64,000 bases of DNA from Candidatus Nanohalarchaeota archaeon (GTDB taxonomy: Archaea; EX4484-52; B79-G9), in NCBI GenBank assembly GCA_030634545.1, contig DAOWAN010000001.1, positions 15,010 to 79,009 of the forward strand, read 5' to 3'. The translations under genes were made by a program, and so were the position numbers. This document shows, piece after piece, positions 61,494-64,000 of this stretch. The notes beneath the pieces were generated by a model. The model was not told where the DNA came from, did no database searches, and saw nothing but the letters and a program-made list of their open reading frames with translations. The first letter of the stretch is position 1, and every line of letters starts with the position of its first letter.

Positions 61494-61955
61494 TTACTGT
61501 TTCTTCATAGAACCCAGCAACATCAGCAAGAGTATCTCCCCAATCCGTATCTCTTTGCCTGTTCCCAGTGCGATGATTACGGCATCAGTAATATCCATAC
61601 CATAAAATTCGCCCCCAACAACCAATCCACCATATAGCTTTCCGCGATTTAACCCATCTTTTTCCATATCTGTAATCACAGCATACTCAATCTTTAATTT
61701 ATTATTCGCAGCAACTTCAATAAATGCAAAAGATGTACTTCCTTTAAAAACATCATCAGATTCTTCGCCAGCAGGATATTTCAGAATTTCTGCATCTTTC
61801 GAAGAAAATATAATTGGAACTGTTAATTCTGAACCATATTTAAGGTTAACCGTAGTACAGAGAGAGAAATCATCATCATCAACACCGCACCGATAAGCAC
61901 TATGAATTTCAACACCTTTTGCAGAGAGATAACCTGAAAATTGTCCGACATCCAT
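61494..61955 (-). CDS. hypothetical protein, weakly DUF151/bifunctional-nuclease-like
   Basis: VPII...DA...VITD...YGGL...DAVIIAL..G..I pattern. Confidence 0.4.
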   Translation of the reverse strand: MDVGQFSGYLSAKGVEIHSAYRCGVDDDDFSLCTTVNLKYGSELTVPIIFSSKDAEILKYPAGEESDDVFKGSTSFAFIEVAANNKLKIEYAVITDMEKDGLNRGKLYGGLVVGGEFYGMDITDAVIIALGTGKEIRIGEILLLMLLGSMKKQ

Positions 61956-62076
61956 AATAATTCTCTACCAGTAACAAATAAATAACTATGATTATTACCT
62001 CACATAAGACCATCACAATTCCAACTCCACAACACATATAAAACTTGGCAGAAAAAGAGACATGCGGTGTTTTATC

Positions 62077-64000
62077 ATGGACAAAAATAAAGACAATACA
62101 AAAAAGAAAAAAGTAACATACGACCCCCAGGCAAGAGAGCCGCAACTCCAGCAGTTCTAGGAAAAAGAGCACATATACTGCTTTGAAAAAGACAGCAACA
62201 AACCCGTCTTCAGCATCGACACCCCCCCGCCCACAGTATCAGGCAAGATGCATCTGGGTCACGCATTCTCATACAGCCAGGCAGACTTCATCGCAAGATA
62301 CAAGCGCATGAGAGGTCATAACGTATTCTACCCATTCGGCTTCGACGACAACGGGCTTGCCACAGAACGATACGTCGAAAAAAAAGAAAAAGTACGCGCA
62401 ACAAAAATGCCGCGCAAAAAATTCGTAGAACTATGCCTAAAATCCACAACCGACGCAGAGAAATCACTCAAAGATTCATGGTCACGCTTAGGCGTCAGCC
62501 CAGACTGGAACATCACATACCGCACAATAGACCAGAACTGCCAGAGGACATCACAACTGTCATTCATCAGACTTTACGAGATGGGCAGGGAATACCAGAA
62601 AGAAGCACCCACCATATGGTGCCCGAAATGCCAGACAGCAATTGCGCAAGTAGAACTTAATGACCAGGAATTTGCATCCACATTCAATGACATAATATTC
62701 AGATTTGAAGACAACACAGAATTGACAATTGCAACAACAAGACCGGAACTGCTTCCAAGCTGCGTTGCCGTATTTGTCCACCCGGATGACAAAAGATACA
62801 AAAAACACATAAATAAAGATGTAATCGTACCGCTTTTTAATCAGAAAGTAAAAATACTTGCAGATAAAAGAGCAGACCCAGAAAAAGGAACAGGTGCGGT
62901 AATGTGCTGTACATTCGGCGACCAGACAGACATAGAATGGTACAAAGCGCACAATCTCCCGATGAAGATATCCATCACAAAAGACGGGTACATGAACGAG
63001 AATGCAGGCAGATACAAAGGCATGACAATAAAAGACGCGCGCAAAAACATAATCGACGACCTCAAAAACAAAGACCTCCTCAAAACCCAAAAACACATCA
63101 CACACTCAGTCAACATACACGAGAGATGCAGCACAGAAGTAGAAATACTCAACACAAAACAATGGTTCATCAAATACCTTGACCTCAAAGAAGAGTTCAT
63201 CAAAGCAGGCAAAAAAATCAAGTGGTATCCAGAATACATGCGCATCCGCTATGACAACTGGATAAACGGTCTCCAATGGGACTGGTGCATATCGCGCCAG
63301 CGATATTTCGGTGTGCCATTCCCGATATGGTACTGCAAAAAATGCAAAAAAGTCATGGTAGCAGACGAAAAAGACCTGCCAGTTGACCCCCTTGAAGACA
63401 AACCCAAAATTGCATGCAAATGCGGCTCAAATGAGTTTGATGCAGAAAAAGATGTGCTTGACACTTGGGCAACATCGTCGCTTACACCAGAAATTGCACT
63501 CAAGTGGCAGAAAGATAACAAATTCTTCAAAAGCATGTATCCAATGGACTTAAGACCCCAGGCACACGATATCATCACATTCTGGCTATTCAACACAGTC
63601 GTCAAAGGAATCCTTCATGAAAAAGATATACCATGGAAAAATACAATGATATCAGGTCACGCACTTGACCCAAGAGGAAAAAAAATGTCAAAAAGCAAAG
63701 GAAACGCAATAGACCCTATCGCAACAATCGAAAATCACTCCGCAGATGCCCTGAGATTCTGGGCAGCAGGCTCAAAACTAGGCGATGATCTGGCATACCA
63801 GGAAAAAGACCTCATCACAGGCAGGAAATACATCGTGAAACTCTTCAATGCCACCAGGTTTGCGATGATCCATCTTGAGAACTACAAAGTATCAAGACCA
63901 GAAAAACTAACGACAATCGACAGGTGGGCTTTATCGAAACTAAACAAGCTAGTCAAATTGTCAATCGACGAATTTGAAAGATACGAATACACAAAATCAA
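62077..64000 (+). CDS. valS: valine--tRNA ligase, archaeal type (5' part, runs off the window; in-frame TAG at 62158-62160)
   Basis: Manual translation: IDTPPPTVSGKMHLGH, GFDDNGL, ATTRPEL, DWCISRQR, DTWATSS, KMSKSKGN. Confidence 0.95.

Noticed and set aside
62158..62160. Genome-wide TAG reassignment
   Set aside because: TAG terminates several other genes at plausible ends; only one internal case was seen
62328..63605. Several ORF-track calls in the valS region
   Set aside because: Off-frame or antisense to valS, which the track missed because it runs off the window

Overview
Archaeal window, inferred to be from a DPANN-like lineage. Evidence: archaeal-type ValRS, diphthine-ammonia ligase, archaeal TadA/TadB/TadC pilus machinery and many class III signal-peptide proteins. 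It carries tatD, a Kef K+ transporter/CBS/HTH trio, Hsp20, a KAP NTPase-HEAT protein, grpE-dnaK-dnaJ, a DEDDh exonuclease, a type IV pilus assembly operon, a glycogen cluster, a radical SAM/GT-C glycosylation cluster, a large pilin-like gene cluster, metVF-dph6-GATase and the start of valS (with an in-frame TAG). The most notable element is a His-Xaa-Ser (Hxs)-type RiPP cluster at 40.4-45.9 kb: hxsD, a precursor, a double-domain HxsC, HxsB and an A24-peptidase-like membrane protein. Its precursor carries 13 Trp-Xaa-(Asn/Asp/His) triads instead of His-Xaa-Ser, suggesting an archaeal poly-Trp-cyclophane peptide. Features absent from the ORF track include a 30-aa bS22/mS38-like basic protein, three micro-pilins, a collapsed GT-C mini-gene and a family of modular multi-hairpin intergenic repeats. 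No rRNA, tRNA or CRISPR array was seen. All family assignments are from recalled motifs, not database searches.
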